This document shows, piece after piece, positions 1-9,162 of a stretch of 64,000 bases of DNA (positions within the stretch are counted from its first letter, which is position 1; each line of letters opens with the position of its first letter). Source of the DNA: Candidatus Poribacteria bacterium (GTDB taxonomy: Bacteria; Poribacteria; WGA-4E; WGA-3G); assembly GCA_965261435.1 (NCBI GenBank), contig CBDHDL010000021.1, positions 2,715,950 to 2,779,949 of the forward strand, in the 5' to 3' direction. Under the pieces are notes generated by a model. The model ran no database searches, had not been told where the DNA came from, and worked only from the letters and a program-made list of their open reading frames with translations. A program made the translations under genes and the position numbers.

Positions 1-231
1 CAAGGGATGTTGTGTATTGTCACTTCAGGCATTATCTGCTACCCGATGATGTGGCGCCAAGTTTTTGTATATCCTGATAGAATAGAGGTAAAGTCTGTTC
101 CTGTTGACTTGCCAGAGGTGCTTGCCGAATCAGAAGCTGTCAATCCAGATAACAATCTATATCTTTCTGGTCGTCCCAGAGATCTTGAATTTACTATCCA
201 ACGACGTGAACAACACGTAGCTGTTCAATAA
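1..231 (+). CDS. C-terminal fragment of an upstream gene truncated by the window edge (hypothetical)
   Basis: The frame is open from position 1 and there is no recognisable motif. The ORF track gives 7..231. Confidence 0.3.
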   Translation, partial: QGMLCIVTSGIICYPMMWRQVFVYPDRIEVKSVPVDLPEVLAESEAVNPDNNLYLSGRPRDLEFTIQRREQHVAVQ

Positions 232-283
232 ATCAATACCTATCAAAATTCCTTAAAAGCAAGAACTGACAACAGATAGAAAG

Positions 284-1273
284 ATGATTGAAGTTCAAAA
301 CCTTTCAAAAAACTACGGTCCATTTCAAGCACTCAAGGATATATCCTTTAGCGTAGACAAGGGACAAATCGTTGGATTCCTTGGTCCCAACGGTGCAGGT
401 AAAACCACGACGATGCGAATCCTCACTTGCTTTATGCCAGCAAGTAGTGGTAAGGTAGCCATCGCAGGATACGATGTTTTCAAACAATCACGCGAGGTAC
501 GAAAACGAATCGGATACCTACCTGAAAATATACCACTCTATACTGAAATGACCGTCACAAAATACCTTACTTACATGGGGAAAATACGGGATGTTCCCCG
601 GAAGAACAATAAACATAGGTTGGACACTGTCATAGAATCCTGCGGATTAACTGAACGGAGAAACCAGATTATCGGACAACTATCACGCGGTTTTCGACAA
701 CGGGTCGGTTTAGCACAAGCTATGATACATGACCCCGAAGTATTGATTCTTGACGAACCAACATCTGGATTAGATCCGAGACAGATTGTTGAAATCCGAG
801 AATTGATTAGATCATTAGGTAAAGAACGCACTATACTTTTCAGCACGCACATCCTTTCTGAAGCAAGTATGACATGCGAAAGACTCCTTATCATCAGTAG
901 AGGAAAAATAACAGGTGATGTGTTATTGTCAAACGGTCGCGCTATCTCAACTCAATCTTTGAATGGTGAAGACACTCCCGCTATAACTAATAATGAAGAT
1001 ATAGATGATACGCTAACACAAACCCTTACGCTCAAAATATCTGGTGCTCCTACAGATGAAATATTAGAAGGACTAAAAGACATTCCCCAGATAATCTCTG
1101 TCGAACATTCAGATAATGACACGGAAGATATGTTCAAGATTACCCATGAAAGCAGAAAGGATATTCGTGCTGAATTAGCAACGTATATTGTAGAAAAAGG
1201 CTGGAAACTTCTTGAAATGCGTCCAGATGAAATGAGTTTAGAAGAACTGTTCCTTTCTTTAACTGCCGAATAG
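284..1273 (+). CDS. ABC transporter ATP-binding protein with a ~100 aa C-terminal extension
   Basis: Walker A is GPNGAGKTT, the signature is LSRGFRQRV, and Walker B is ILDEPTSGLD. No permease gene follows on this strand. Confidence 0.85.
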   Translation: MIEVQNLSKNYGPFQALKDISFSVDKGQIVGFLGPNGAGKTTTMRILTCFMPASSGKVAIAGYDVFKQSREVRKRIGYLPENIPLYTEMTVTKYLTYMGKIRDVPRKNNKHRLDTVIESCGLTERRNQIIGQLSRGFRQRVGLAQAMIHDPEVLILDEPTSGLDPRQIVEIRELIRSLGKERTILFSTHILSEASMTCERLLIISRGKITGDVLLSNGRAISTQSLNGEDTPAITNNEDIDDTLTQTLTLKISGAPTDEILEGLKDIPQIISVEHSDNDTEDMFKITHESRKDIRAELATYIVEKGWKLLEMRPDEMSLEELFLSLTAE

Positions 1274-1554
1274 TTTCAATTCAGGTTTGACATTACTTCA
1301 GAGAAGCCAATTAACTCTCGTCAATCTTCCCATGCTTGTTAGTCCTATTTCAACTTTTGTCTTGACTTATAATCAATATTTTGATACCATATTTTATAGA
1401 CGAAATAAATCATTGAACGAACTTTTCTTAAATGCATAGATAGAATCTGAGAAACAACTGAAGTCATGCGTTGCTTATTCCCATGCCTTCTGAGTTGTGT
1501 TTTCATGCAGTCTTGTGTTTCAGGACAAAACAGATTCTGAACGAAGGAGATTTC

Positions 1555-3111
1555 ATGTTGAATAAGAATTTGGAGGCGAAACAGGTAGCGGCGGTCAGAA
1601 AAATCCTGTCTGAAGTACCCGAAGCTTCGCCATATTCCCCTGTGACAGAGTCTATGAATAGGGCAACAGAATTAGGGGAAGAAAAAATAGCAGCGGCACT
1701 TAAAAGTTTCAGTTCAATGCCGCAATCCACAAATGTCTTTGCAAATCCAGCATTACACAAGGCCGCAGTGGAATGTGGAAAAACGCAAATCACTCTTAAT
1801 ATCAGAAGTTTTGGGATACGCGGCGTAGTTACTGAAAGTGAAATTATCGCAAACCGACTTTCACCCGCCTATGTTATATTTGCAGGGCTCTTTGGAAGAA
1901 AACCTGAAGAAAATTCAGACGAATTAAACGAAGAAGCAGTCTTATCAGATTTAATTGACAAAAAGTTCTACCGTTTCACTGAACTCCGAAGAGAAGGTCT
2001 TTCAGGAGATCAACGCGTCATCAATCAGGTCGCAGAATTCGTCAAATCATTTCCAAATGCTGGACCTGAAGCTGTAATCCAACATTTCTCTACACTCCGC
2101 AAACTAAGTATCCCAAACCAAAAAGGAATTAAGGGGACAAGGAACCAAGGTTCTCTCCTGATGGAACTGATCAGCACACACATGGAAAACGTCGCGTTAG
2201 GCACAATTTCAGTCTACATGCGGCACCAGTTGAGAGAAAGTAGCGCATTACATCCGCAAGTACTCGCGATGCGAGCGAATGATCTGATCGCTGAACACAA
2301 AAAAAGCGAAAAAACAGCATTTCAAACATGTTACAGTCTCCTCTTAGGTAAAAAAGCAAGTGCCGTTGAAGCATATATATTAGAACGTATGGGGGTCATA
2401 CAGACCCACCACGGGTCTGCAGGTTCAAACGTCGTTGCACGCTATCTCGCGACATTATACGCAGGAGCTGTCTCCGATTTCTTTGTCGCATCACAAATGG
2501 CATTAGACGGTGACCGACATTTCGGTGCCATACACGATATGACAGCATTCATCCATCAAATAGAATCGCTTGAACCAGACGAAAGAGAAACAGCGATCCG
2601 CGAAAGGATGCGCTCAGCACTGCCAACCTTCGGACATCCAGAAATCGCTGCCGCTGGTAGAACTGATGAAATACAACAGGATCCACGTCCCGCTATCTAT
2701 TTCAATCCCTTCATTGATGCTGTCAATAAAGAGGAAATCCAACTCACTGATAAACAGAAGAAGCGGTTAGCAATCATGCAACGTATCTATCAAATCGCCT
2801 TTATTGAAGGAATGGTTCGTCCTGGACGAGAAAACGAACCACCATTGCGTTTAACGCCAAATACCGATTTCGGTGGATGGGCGGTTCAAGAAGGATTAAA
2901 TATCTATGAAAGCGATAGAACGTTTTTGACTTACATTTTCCGTGGATTTGGTTGGATTATGGATGCACGTGAACAACTTCAGATGAAGATTATCCGACCC
3001 GTCATTCCCCCAGATCCCAACATTATTCCAAAACCTTCCGATGACCTAACTATCTCAAACGAGGTTGTTGCATTACACAACAAAATGGCAGGAGCCGGAA
3101 TTTTTGATTGA
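1555..3111 (+). CDS. citrate synthase-like family protein (divergent)
   Basis: HHGSAGSN resembles citrate synthase LHGGANE, and FGHPEIAAAGRTDE..DPRP resembles GFGHRVYK..DPRA. The gene sits directly upstream of icd and mdh. An AGGAGA RBS lies before the ATG at 1555 (the ORF track starts at 1471). Confidence 0.55.
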   Translation: MLNKNLEAKQVAAVRKILSEVPEASPYSPVTESMNRATELGEEKIAAALKSFSSMPQSTNVFANPALHKAAVECGKTQITLNIRSFGIRGVVTESEIIANRLSPAYVIFAGLFGRKPEENSDELNEEAVLSDLIDKKFYRFTELRREGLSGDQRVINQVAEFVKSFPNAGPEAVIQHFSTLRKLSIPNQKGIKGTRNQGSLLMELISTHMENVALGTISVYMRHQLRESSALHPQVLAMRANDLIAEHKKSEKTAFQTCYSLLLGKKASAVEAYILERMGVIQTHHGSAGSNVVARYLATLYAGAVSDFFVASQMALDGDRHFGAIHDMTAFIHQIESLEPDERETAIRERMRSALPTFGHPEIAAAGRTDEIQQDPRPAIYFNPFIDAVNKEEIQLTDKQKKRLAIMQRIYQIAFIEGMVRPGRENEPPLRLTPNTDFGGWAVQEGLNIYESDRTFLTYIFRGFGWIMDAREQLQMKIIRPVIPPDPNIIPKPSDDLTISNEVVALHNKMAGAGIFD

Positions 3112-3176
3112 CAAAAATATAGCAATTCCTACCTACCTAAAAACCCGAAACAGAAAAGACCCAACAGAATTATTGT

Positions 3177-4445
3177 GTGATTCAGAGAGGAATTCCAGTG
3201 ATTGAATTTGACCAATTGACAGTACCGACAACCGGTGAAATAATAGAATCTGTGAATGGACAACGGGTTGTTCCAAATAACCCGATCATTCCTGTCATTG
3301 AAGGGGACGGCATCGGACGAGACATAATGAAAACGACGCGCCGTGTCATTGATGCCGCTGTCCAGACCGCTTACGATGGAAAAAACAAAATCGTCTGGTT
3401 TGATGTCTATGCTGGCGAAAACGCCATGGACAAATACAACGAATGGCTCCCACAAGATACATTCAATGCAATTGAACATTTCAAAGTTGCCTTGAAAGGG
3501 CCGCTGACAACCCCCGTCGGTGGTGGTTTTCGTAGTTTGAATGTTACATTAAGACAAGTGCTTGAACTCTATGCTTGTGTGCGACCTGTTCGCTATTTCC
3601 AAGGTGTTCCTGCACCGGTTACACATCCTGAAAAGATGGATGTAGTTATCTTCCGAGAAAACACTGAAGATGTATATGCCGGAATTGAATGGGAACAAGG
3701 GACACCAGAAGTAAAAAAGGTTATTGAACTGCTTCGCACTGAAATGGGTGTGGAGATTCGCGAGGACTCCGGTATTGGTATAAAACCGATAAGCATCTTT
3801 GGTACGAAACGTCTGGCACGGATGGCTATCCAATACGCAATAGACCACAGCAGAAAAAGCGTTACCTTTGTTCATAAAGGGAATATCATGAAGTTTACTG
3901 AGGGTGCTTTCTGTGCTTGGGGATATGAACTCGCTAAAGAGGAATTTGCTGATACTACAATCACAGAAGCAGAACTCTATGATGAATACGACGGGAACGT
4001 TCCTGACGGTAAAATCATCATCAATGACCGGATCGCGGACAGCATGCTGCAGCAGATATTGACGCGAACCGATGAATACGATGTCATTGTCACACCAAAC
4101 TTGAACGGGGACTACCTCTCAGATGCTGCAGCAGCACAAGTCGGTGGAATCGGCATGGCACCAGGTGGTAATCTCAACGATGAGGTCGCACTTTTTGAAG
4201 CAACACACGGCACAGCACCAAAATACGCCGATCAAGATGTAGTCAATCCGAGTTCACTCATCCTCTCTGCAGTGATGATGTTAGAGCATATCGGTTGGCA
4301 AGAAGCCGCTGACTTGATTATCGCAGGACTTGAAAAGACTATTTTACAGAAACGGGTAACTTACGATCTGGAACGGTTGATGGCAGGTGCAACAAAAGTC
4401 CGCACATCTGAATACGGTGAAGCTATTATTGAAAACTTTTCGTAA
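3177..4445 (+). CDS. icd: NADP-dependent isocitrate dehydrogenase
   Basis: The ORF aligns by eye along its length to E. coli Icd ([65 protein letters not shown]). The likely true start is the GTG at 3198, after an AGAGGA RBS. Confidence 0.95.
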   Translation: MIQRGIPVIEFDQLTVPTTGEIIESVNGQRVVPNNPIIPVIEGDGIGRDIMKTTRRVIDAAVQTAYDGKNKIVWFDVYAGENAMDKYNEWLPQDTFNAIEHFKVALKGPLTTPVGGGFRSLNVTLRQVLELYACVRPVRYFQGVPAPVTHPEKMDVVIFRENTEDVYAGIEWEQGTPEVKKVIELLRTEMGVEIREDSGIGIKPISIFGTKRLARMAIQYAIDHSRKSVTFVHKGNIMKFTEGAFCAWGYELAKEEFADTTITEAELYDEYDGNVPDGKIIINDRIADSMLQQILTRTDEYDVIVTPNLNGDYLSDAAAAQVGGIGMAPGGNLNDEVALFEATHGTAPKYADQDVVNPSSLILSAVMMLEHIGWQEAADLIIAGLEKTILQKRVTYDLERLMAGATKVRTSEYGEAIIENFS

Positions 4446-4528
4446 AGTATTATTCTTGGACATTGATAGGATTTAGACCTAAGTATTGGGTAAGGCATAT
4501 CATTTCTATATTCAAAACGGAGGAAGAA

Positions 4529-5455
4529 GTGGCAAGAAAAAAAATTAGTGTAATCGGCGCAGGTAACGTTGGCGCAACAGCAGCATTCCTAATCGCGCAG
4601 AAACAGCTTGGCGATGTTGTCATGATAGACATTGTGGATGGAGTCCCACAAGGTAAAGCATTAGATATGGCGGAAATGGGCCCAGTAGAACTGTTTGATG
4701 CATCAATTAGTGGTGATCTTGACTATTATGCAACAGCAGACTCAGATTTAGTGATTATCACATCTGGTTCCCCACGTAAACCTGGGATGACACGTGAAGA
4801 TCTATTACAAACAAATGCCAAAATCGTTGCAAGCGTCACAGAAAATGTAGTGAAGCATTCACCCGACACAATCATCATGATGCTCACCAATCCACTTGAT
4901 ATCATGACATATCATGCGTGGAAGGTATCAGGATTCCCTTCACACCGCGTTGTTGGTCAAGCAGGTGTCTTGGATTCCGCACGTTTCCGTTATTTTATCT
5001 CACTGGAACTTGGTGTATCAGTAGAAGATATTCATGCACTCGTCCTTGGAGGACACGGTGATACGATGGTACCATTACCGCGTTATACGACCGTCAACGG
5101 CATTCCAATTACACAGTTGATTACTAAGGAACATATTGAAGCAATGGCACAACGCACGCGAGATGGTGGTGCTGAGGTAGTCAATTATCTCAAGACAAGT
5201 GGATACTATGCCGCAGGGGCATCATTAGCACAGATGGCAGAAGCTATCATCTTGGATAAGAAACGTCTACTCCCCTGTTCTGCACATCTCACAGGACAAT
5301 ACGGTATCAACGATCTCTATATCGGTGTTCCGATTAAACTGGGGGCAAATGGCGTTGAAGAGATTATTGAGATTGAATTGGAAAATGATGAGTTAGATGC
5401 ATTGCAGACATCAGCACAGACCTATCGTGATGGGATTGCGTTGTTAGGATATTAG
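4529..5455 (+). CDS. mdh: malate dehydrogenase (LDH-like type)
   Basis: KISVIGAGNVGATAAF is a Rossmann motif, and the sequence has an LDH/MDH core (GGHGDTMVPL). A GTG start at 4529 follows a GGAGGAAG RBS (the ORF track begins at 4463). Confidence 0.9.
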   Translation: MARKKISVIGAGNVGATAAFLIAQKQLGDVVMIDIVDGVPQGKALDMAEMGPVELFDASISGDLDYYATADSDLVIITSGSPRKPGMTREDLLQTNAKIVASVTENVVKHSPDTIIMMLTNPLDIMTYHAWKVSGFPSHRVVGQAGVLDSARFRYFISLELGVSVEDIHALVLGGHGDTMVPLPRYTTVNGIPITQLITKEHIEAMAQRTRDGGAEVVNYLKTSGYYAAGASLAQMAEAIILDKKRLLPCSAHLTGQYGINDLYIGVPIKLGANGVEEIIEIELENDELDALQTSAQTYRDGIALLGY

Positions 5456-5513
5456 ATAAATTTACTTTTCTGATATCAATACCTTTGCCAATAATAGACA
5501 TTCTGTTAGGTTG

Positions 5514-5692
5514 CGCTCTTTGTCTTGGATTCTGTGTTTGTACCGCATTCTGTTAGATTGCGTTTCTTTGTAGCACATTCTGTTAGATTGTGCCTCTTTG
5601 TAGCACATTCATCCTTATTGGACATCTTTCTACTATCCCATGCATCCTTGATTGGGAATATTGGTAGCACAATCAAGGATGAATGTGCTACA
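5514..5692. repeat. tandem ~30 bp direct repeats (CATTCTGTTAGATTG..TCTTTGTAGCA, 3-4 copies) followed by a nested palindrome (GCACATTCATCCTT ... AAGGATGAATGTGC)
   Basis: Seen directly in the non-coding region downstream of mdh. Confidence 0.7.
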
Positions 5693-6400
5693 GAAGAATA
5701 AAACCAAAGACTATCTTGAAACTTTATTGTGCAGAATAACGCAATGCGTATATACCACCTGAGAACATCCTTAAATTGTCGCATAAGGTGCGGTTTCTTA
5801 ACCAATGCAGAATACCCAAACGCGTATTTTGCCGAATACAAAATATGATTTATCAAACTCACGTTTAATTAGCAATCTCCTCGTTCTTTAGCTGCAAGAG
5901 CACCTGTTGGTTGTGAAAAAAACATGCCCATCTATGTAACTGACCCAATCCCCTTCCGTGCCAACTATGCCAGCTATGCTAACTGGGCAGTGTTCTCCGT
6001 GCCAACTATATAACAGGCGCGCTTCTGACAGAAAAGATCAGAATTACAGAACCTTATTAACCTACTTCAAAACATGTTCAGGATGAAGCAGAGACGCAAA
6101 TGCACAAATATGTGCAGCAAATTAATAAGTAGCGGTTAAATGTCCAGATATGTGCAGCAATGCGTAAGTAAAATCCCTCCAGTGCAGGCACAAATATTGC
6201 ACGACTGTATAAAACACCTAATAGGAAACCGTATTATATTTGTATGTTCTCCGCGTGTTTTTTTCATAGTACTTCACATTTCACAGGTTTAACCCCTTAC
6301 GAGTGGGACGGCAGGTATGTTGCTTTGCATCAATACTCGTAATGTCTGTCACTGTGATACTATGTTTATACAACATTTCTTGGTATATGAAGTTTAAAAA

Positions 6401-6494
6401 ATCGTTAATTTGGCGAGGTTAGGAAACCTCGCCAGCAGGTTGGTGTATCGTTAATTTGGCGAGGTTAGGAAACCTCGCCAGCAGGTTGGTGTAT
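6401..6494. repeat. perfect 47 bp tandem duplication, each copy carrying the hairpin GGCGAGGTT-AGGA-AACCTCGCC
   Basis: The two units are identical at 6401-6447 and 6448-6494. A third copy of the hairpin and its downstream flank is at 34461-34560. Confidence 0.85.
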
Positions 6495-6616
6495 CTGCCT
6501 TATGCAAACAAGAAATTACCCAATTTACTATTTAATCTTCATTTGCCAAGAAAACAATATAGGAGGTGGGCATTCCTCCCAATGTTAAAGCATTGGGTCT
6601 CATGTCCATAGATTAG

Positions 6617-8122
6617 ATGAAACTTTTCACAATGTTATGTATCTGTTTCGCGTTGTTCATTGGGTGTGGATCTGATTCAGATGTTACGGATTCACCTGCG
6701 GATTCGATTGCGGTTAATCTCCCTAATTTGGATGACCTGAAAGTGCGCGAGCAGATCCTGGCGGAAGCATTATACGAGCATAACCTACAAACTCGTAACG
6801 CACCGTCAGGTGAAGCACTTTATTATGCCCCTAATCAGCAAGTACCATATACTGGATGGGTCAAAGGAACATCATACGGCGATGTTGTCCCTTTCTCACT
6901 CTGGCAGGTGCAGAACGGTAAAAGGCACGGTATCTATCTAAAATGGTACGGCAATCAACAAAACCGGGAGAAAGGGGTTTACAAAGATGGATCTAAAGAT
7001 GGAACGTGGACATACTGGGATGAGCACGGACAAAAAAGTGAAGGATCTTTCAAAGTCGGTGCTGAAAGTGGCTTGTGGACTTATTGGTATGACAACGGAC
7101 AGAAATGGAAAGAAGGTTCCTTCAAAGTCGGTGCTGAAAGTGGTTTGTGGACTTATTGGTATGAGAACGGACAGAAATGGAAAGAGGGTGCCTTCAAAGA
7201 TGGTGTTGAAAGTGGTTTGTGGACATACTGGAATCAGAACGGACAAAAATTTAGTAAAATCATAACCGGCGATTTTGTCAATAGCGTTGCATTCAGTCCG
7301 GATGGAAAAACACTCGCAAGTGGCAGTGAGGATTCTACTGTCCTTTTGTGGGATGTGGCAACAGGCACACATAAGCACACGCTTGAGGGGCATCTGGATT
7401 CTGTAAGAAGCATCGCATTCAGTCCGGATGGAAATACGCTCGCAAGTGGCAGCTGGGATGGGACTATTCGTCTGTGGGATTTGGCAACAGGCACACACAA
7501 ACACACGCTTGAGGGGCATCTGAGGTATGTCAAAAGTGTTGCATTCAGTCCGGATGGAAAAACCCTCACAAGTGGCAGTAGTCGTGATTCTATGATTCGT
7601 TTGTGGGATGTGGCAACAGGCACACACAAACACACGCTTGAGGGGCATCAGTGGTATGTCAATAGTGTCGCATTCAGTCCGGATGGAAAAACCCTCACAA
7701 GTGGCAGTGAGGATGATACTATTCGTCTGTGGGATGTGGCAACAGGCACACACAAACACACGCTTGAGGGGCATCTGGATTCTGTCAATAGCGTCGCATT
7801 CAGTCCGGATGGAAAAACCCTCGCAAGCGGCAGTGAGGATGATACTATTCGTCTGTGGGATGTGGCGACAGGCACACATAAACACACGCTTGAGGGGCAT
7901 CAGTGGTATGTCAATAGTGTCGCATTCAGTCCGGATGGAAATACGCTCGCAAGTGGCAGTTGGGATGGGGCTATTCGTCAGTGGGATGTGGCAACAGGCA
8001 CACACAAACACACGCTTTGGGGACATGTGTTTTTTGTCAATAGCGTCGCATTCAGTCCGGATGGAAAAACGCTCGCAAGTGGCAGTGTCGATCGGACCAT
8101 CAGTCTTTGGGATGTTCCTTGA
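6617..8122 (+). CDS. lipoprotein with N-terminal MORN-like repeats and about 7 C-terminal WD40 repeats
   Basis: The lipobox is FIGC. GLWTYWYxNGQKWKEGxFK recurs three times, and AFSPDGKTLASGSxDxTIRLWDVATGTHKHTLEGH recurs about seven times. The antisense ORFs here are repeat artefacts. Confidence 0.85.
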   Translation: MKLFTMLCICFALFIGCGSDSDVTDSPADSIAVNLPNLDDLKVREQILAEALYEHNLQTRNAPSGEALYYAPNQQVPYTGWVKGTSYGDVVPFSLWQVQNGKRHGIYLKWYGNQQNREKGVYKDGSKDGTWTYWDEHGQKSEGSFKVGAESGLWTYWYDNGQKWKEGSFKVGAESGLWTYWYENGQKWKEGAFKDGVESGLWTYWNQNGQKFSKIITGDFVNSVAFSPDGKTLASGSEDSTVLLWDVATGTHKHTLEGHLDSVRSIAFSPDGNTLASGSWDGTIRLWDLATGTHKHTLEGHLRYVKSVAFSPDGKTLTSGSSRDSMIRLWDVATGTHKHTLEGHQWYVNSVAFSPDGKTLTSGSEDDTIRLWDVATGTHKHTLEGHLDSVNSVAFSPDGKTLASGSEDDTIRLWDVATGTHKHTLEGHQWYVNSVAFSPDGNTLASGSWDGAIRQWDVATGTHKHTLWGHVFFVNSVAFSPDGKTLASGSVDRTISLWDVP

Positions 8123-8125
8123 TAC

Positions 8126-8192
8126 CAAGAAATTTGAGGCGCAAACATCCGCACAGACGTATCGTGGGGGAATTGCACTGCTGAGATATTAA
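8126..8192 (+). repeat. degenerate copy of the mdh 3' end (encodes ..AQTSAQTYRGGIALLRY*)
   Basis: About 78% nucleotide identity to 5395-5455 (mdh ..LQTSAQTYRDGIALLGY*). Confidence 0.75.
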
Positions 8193-8244
8193 AATAGTTT
8201 ACATCATATTGGGTTGCATTCAAAGTCAATGGAGAGTATAATTA

Positions 8245-8733
8245 TTGCATAGCGAAACACAAAAACGTATCTACATTGATACGTCAATTCCCAGTACTTA
8301 CTATACATTACGGACCGACGAGGGGTCTCTTGTGAGGCGGAGGGTAACGCGTAAATGGTGGAATAAATATTCAAATTTATTTAACCTCACGACAAGTCCT
8401 ACCGTTATTGAGGAACTTAGTGAAGGAACGGGCAAAAAAACACGGGACCGGATTGCTTTAATAGCAAACCTGGAAATATTGCCAATTACTACTGAGGTAC
8501 TCCAAATCGCGCAAATTTATATTGACAGATTGATAATGCCTCAAGATCCTTCTGGTGATGCGTTGCACTTGGCAATTGCCTCTTTTCACAATATGGACGA
8601 ACTTCTCACATGGAATCAATCTCATATTGCCAATGCCAACAAAATTTCTCTTATCCAGCAGATTAATCAAGACATAGGTTTAGCAACACCAGAATTAATA
8701 ACCCCACTGAATTACTTCGGAGATAATGCTTAA
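8245..8733 (+). CDS. PIN-domain protein, N-terminal part of a gene split by a +1 frameshift
   Basis: IYIDTS and DALHLAIASFHNMDELLTWNQSHI are PIN motifs. A TTG start follows a GGAGAG RBS. The gene is homologous to 40837..41568. Confidence 0.6.
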   Translation: MHSETQKRIYIDTSIPSTYYTLRTDEGSLVRRRVTRKWWNKYSNLFNLTTSPTVIEELSEGTGKKTRDRIALIANLEILPITTEVLQIAQIYIDRLIMPQDPSGDALHLAIASFHNMDELLTWNQSHIANANKISLIQQINQDIGLATPELITPLNYFGDNA

Positions 8734-8950
8734 AATGAGAGACAGAGAAATCATAGAAAATACCGAATGTGAAATAGTTAAGGAAGTTCGCGAAGTCCGG
8801 CACAAAATCTCTGCACGGTTTAACCACGATATCGGTCAATTGGTAGCACATTATCAAGAGATTCAAGAAAAGATGCGGGAGTCCGGCAAGTATAAGTTTG
8901 CTGACTTACCAAGTAAAAAGCCAAAACTCCCAGAATCTGATGAAGTTTAA
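8726..8950 (+). CDS. C-terminal part of the same PIN-family gene, in the +1 frame
   Basis: It aligns to the C-terminal 70 aa of the 40837..41415 product (..KISARF.., PSKK..PE.SD) and overlaps the previous ORF by 8 nt. Confidence 0.5.
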   Translation: MLKMRDREIIENTECEIVKEVREVRHKISARFNHDIGQLVAHYQEIQEKMRESGKYKFADLPSKKPKLPESDEV

Positions 8951-9063
8951 ATAAATGTATCGGTAAACCAATCACCAAAAACGTTCATACGGGTGGGGTT
9001 TCCCCGCCCGTATATTATACTCAATTAATAATTTAATCTTCATTAGATTCTGAGGTGGCAGAT

Positions 9064-9135
9064 TGAGACGATGAGTTGGGTACTTTGCAGACATCTGCCC
9101 AGACCTATCGTGAAGGGATTGCACTGTTGGGGTAC
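9064..9135 (+). repeat. second degenerate copy of the mdh 3' end (..LQTSAQTYREGIALLGYY*)
   Basis: About 82% nucleotide identity to 5386-5455. Confidence 0.75.
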
Positions 9136-9162
9136 TATTGATGGGAGGTTAGAATATTCTGA

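Noticed and set aside
5506-5862. 118 aa minus-strand ORF in the region downstream of mdh
   Set aside because: It is a translation of the 30 bp tandem repeats (..ECATKRHNLTECATKKRNLTE..) and is not protein-like.
6938-8229. Large antisense and alternative-frame ORFs (for example 6938..8128 -, 7608..8192 +, 7234..7635 -) overlapping the WD40 gene
   Set aside because: They are produced by the near-identical WD40 repeat units, have cysteine-rich low-complexity translations, and lie entirely inside a well-supported gene. The 7608..8192 ORF only runs on into the mdh-tail relic by chance.
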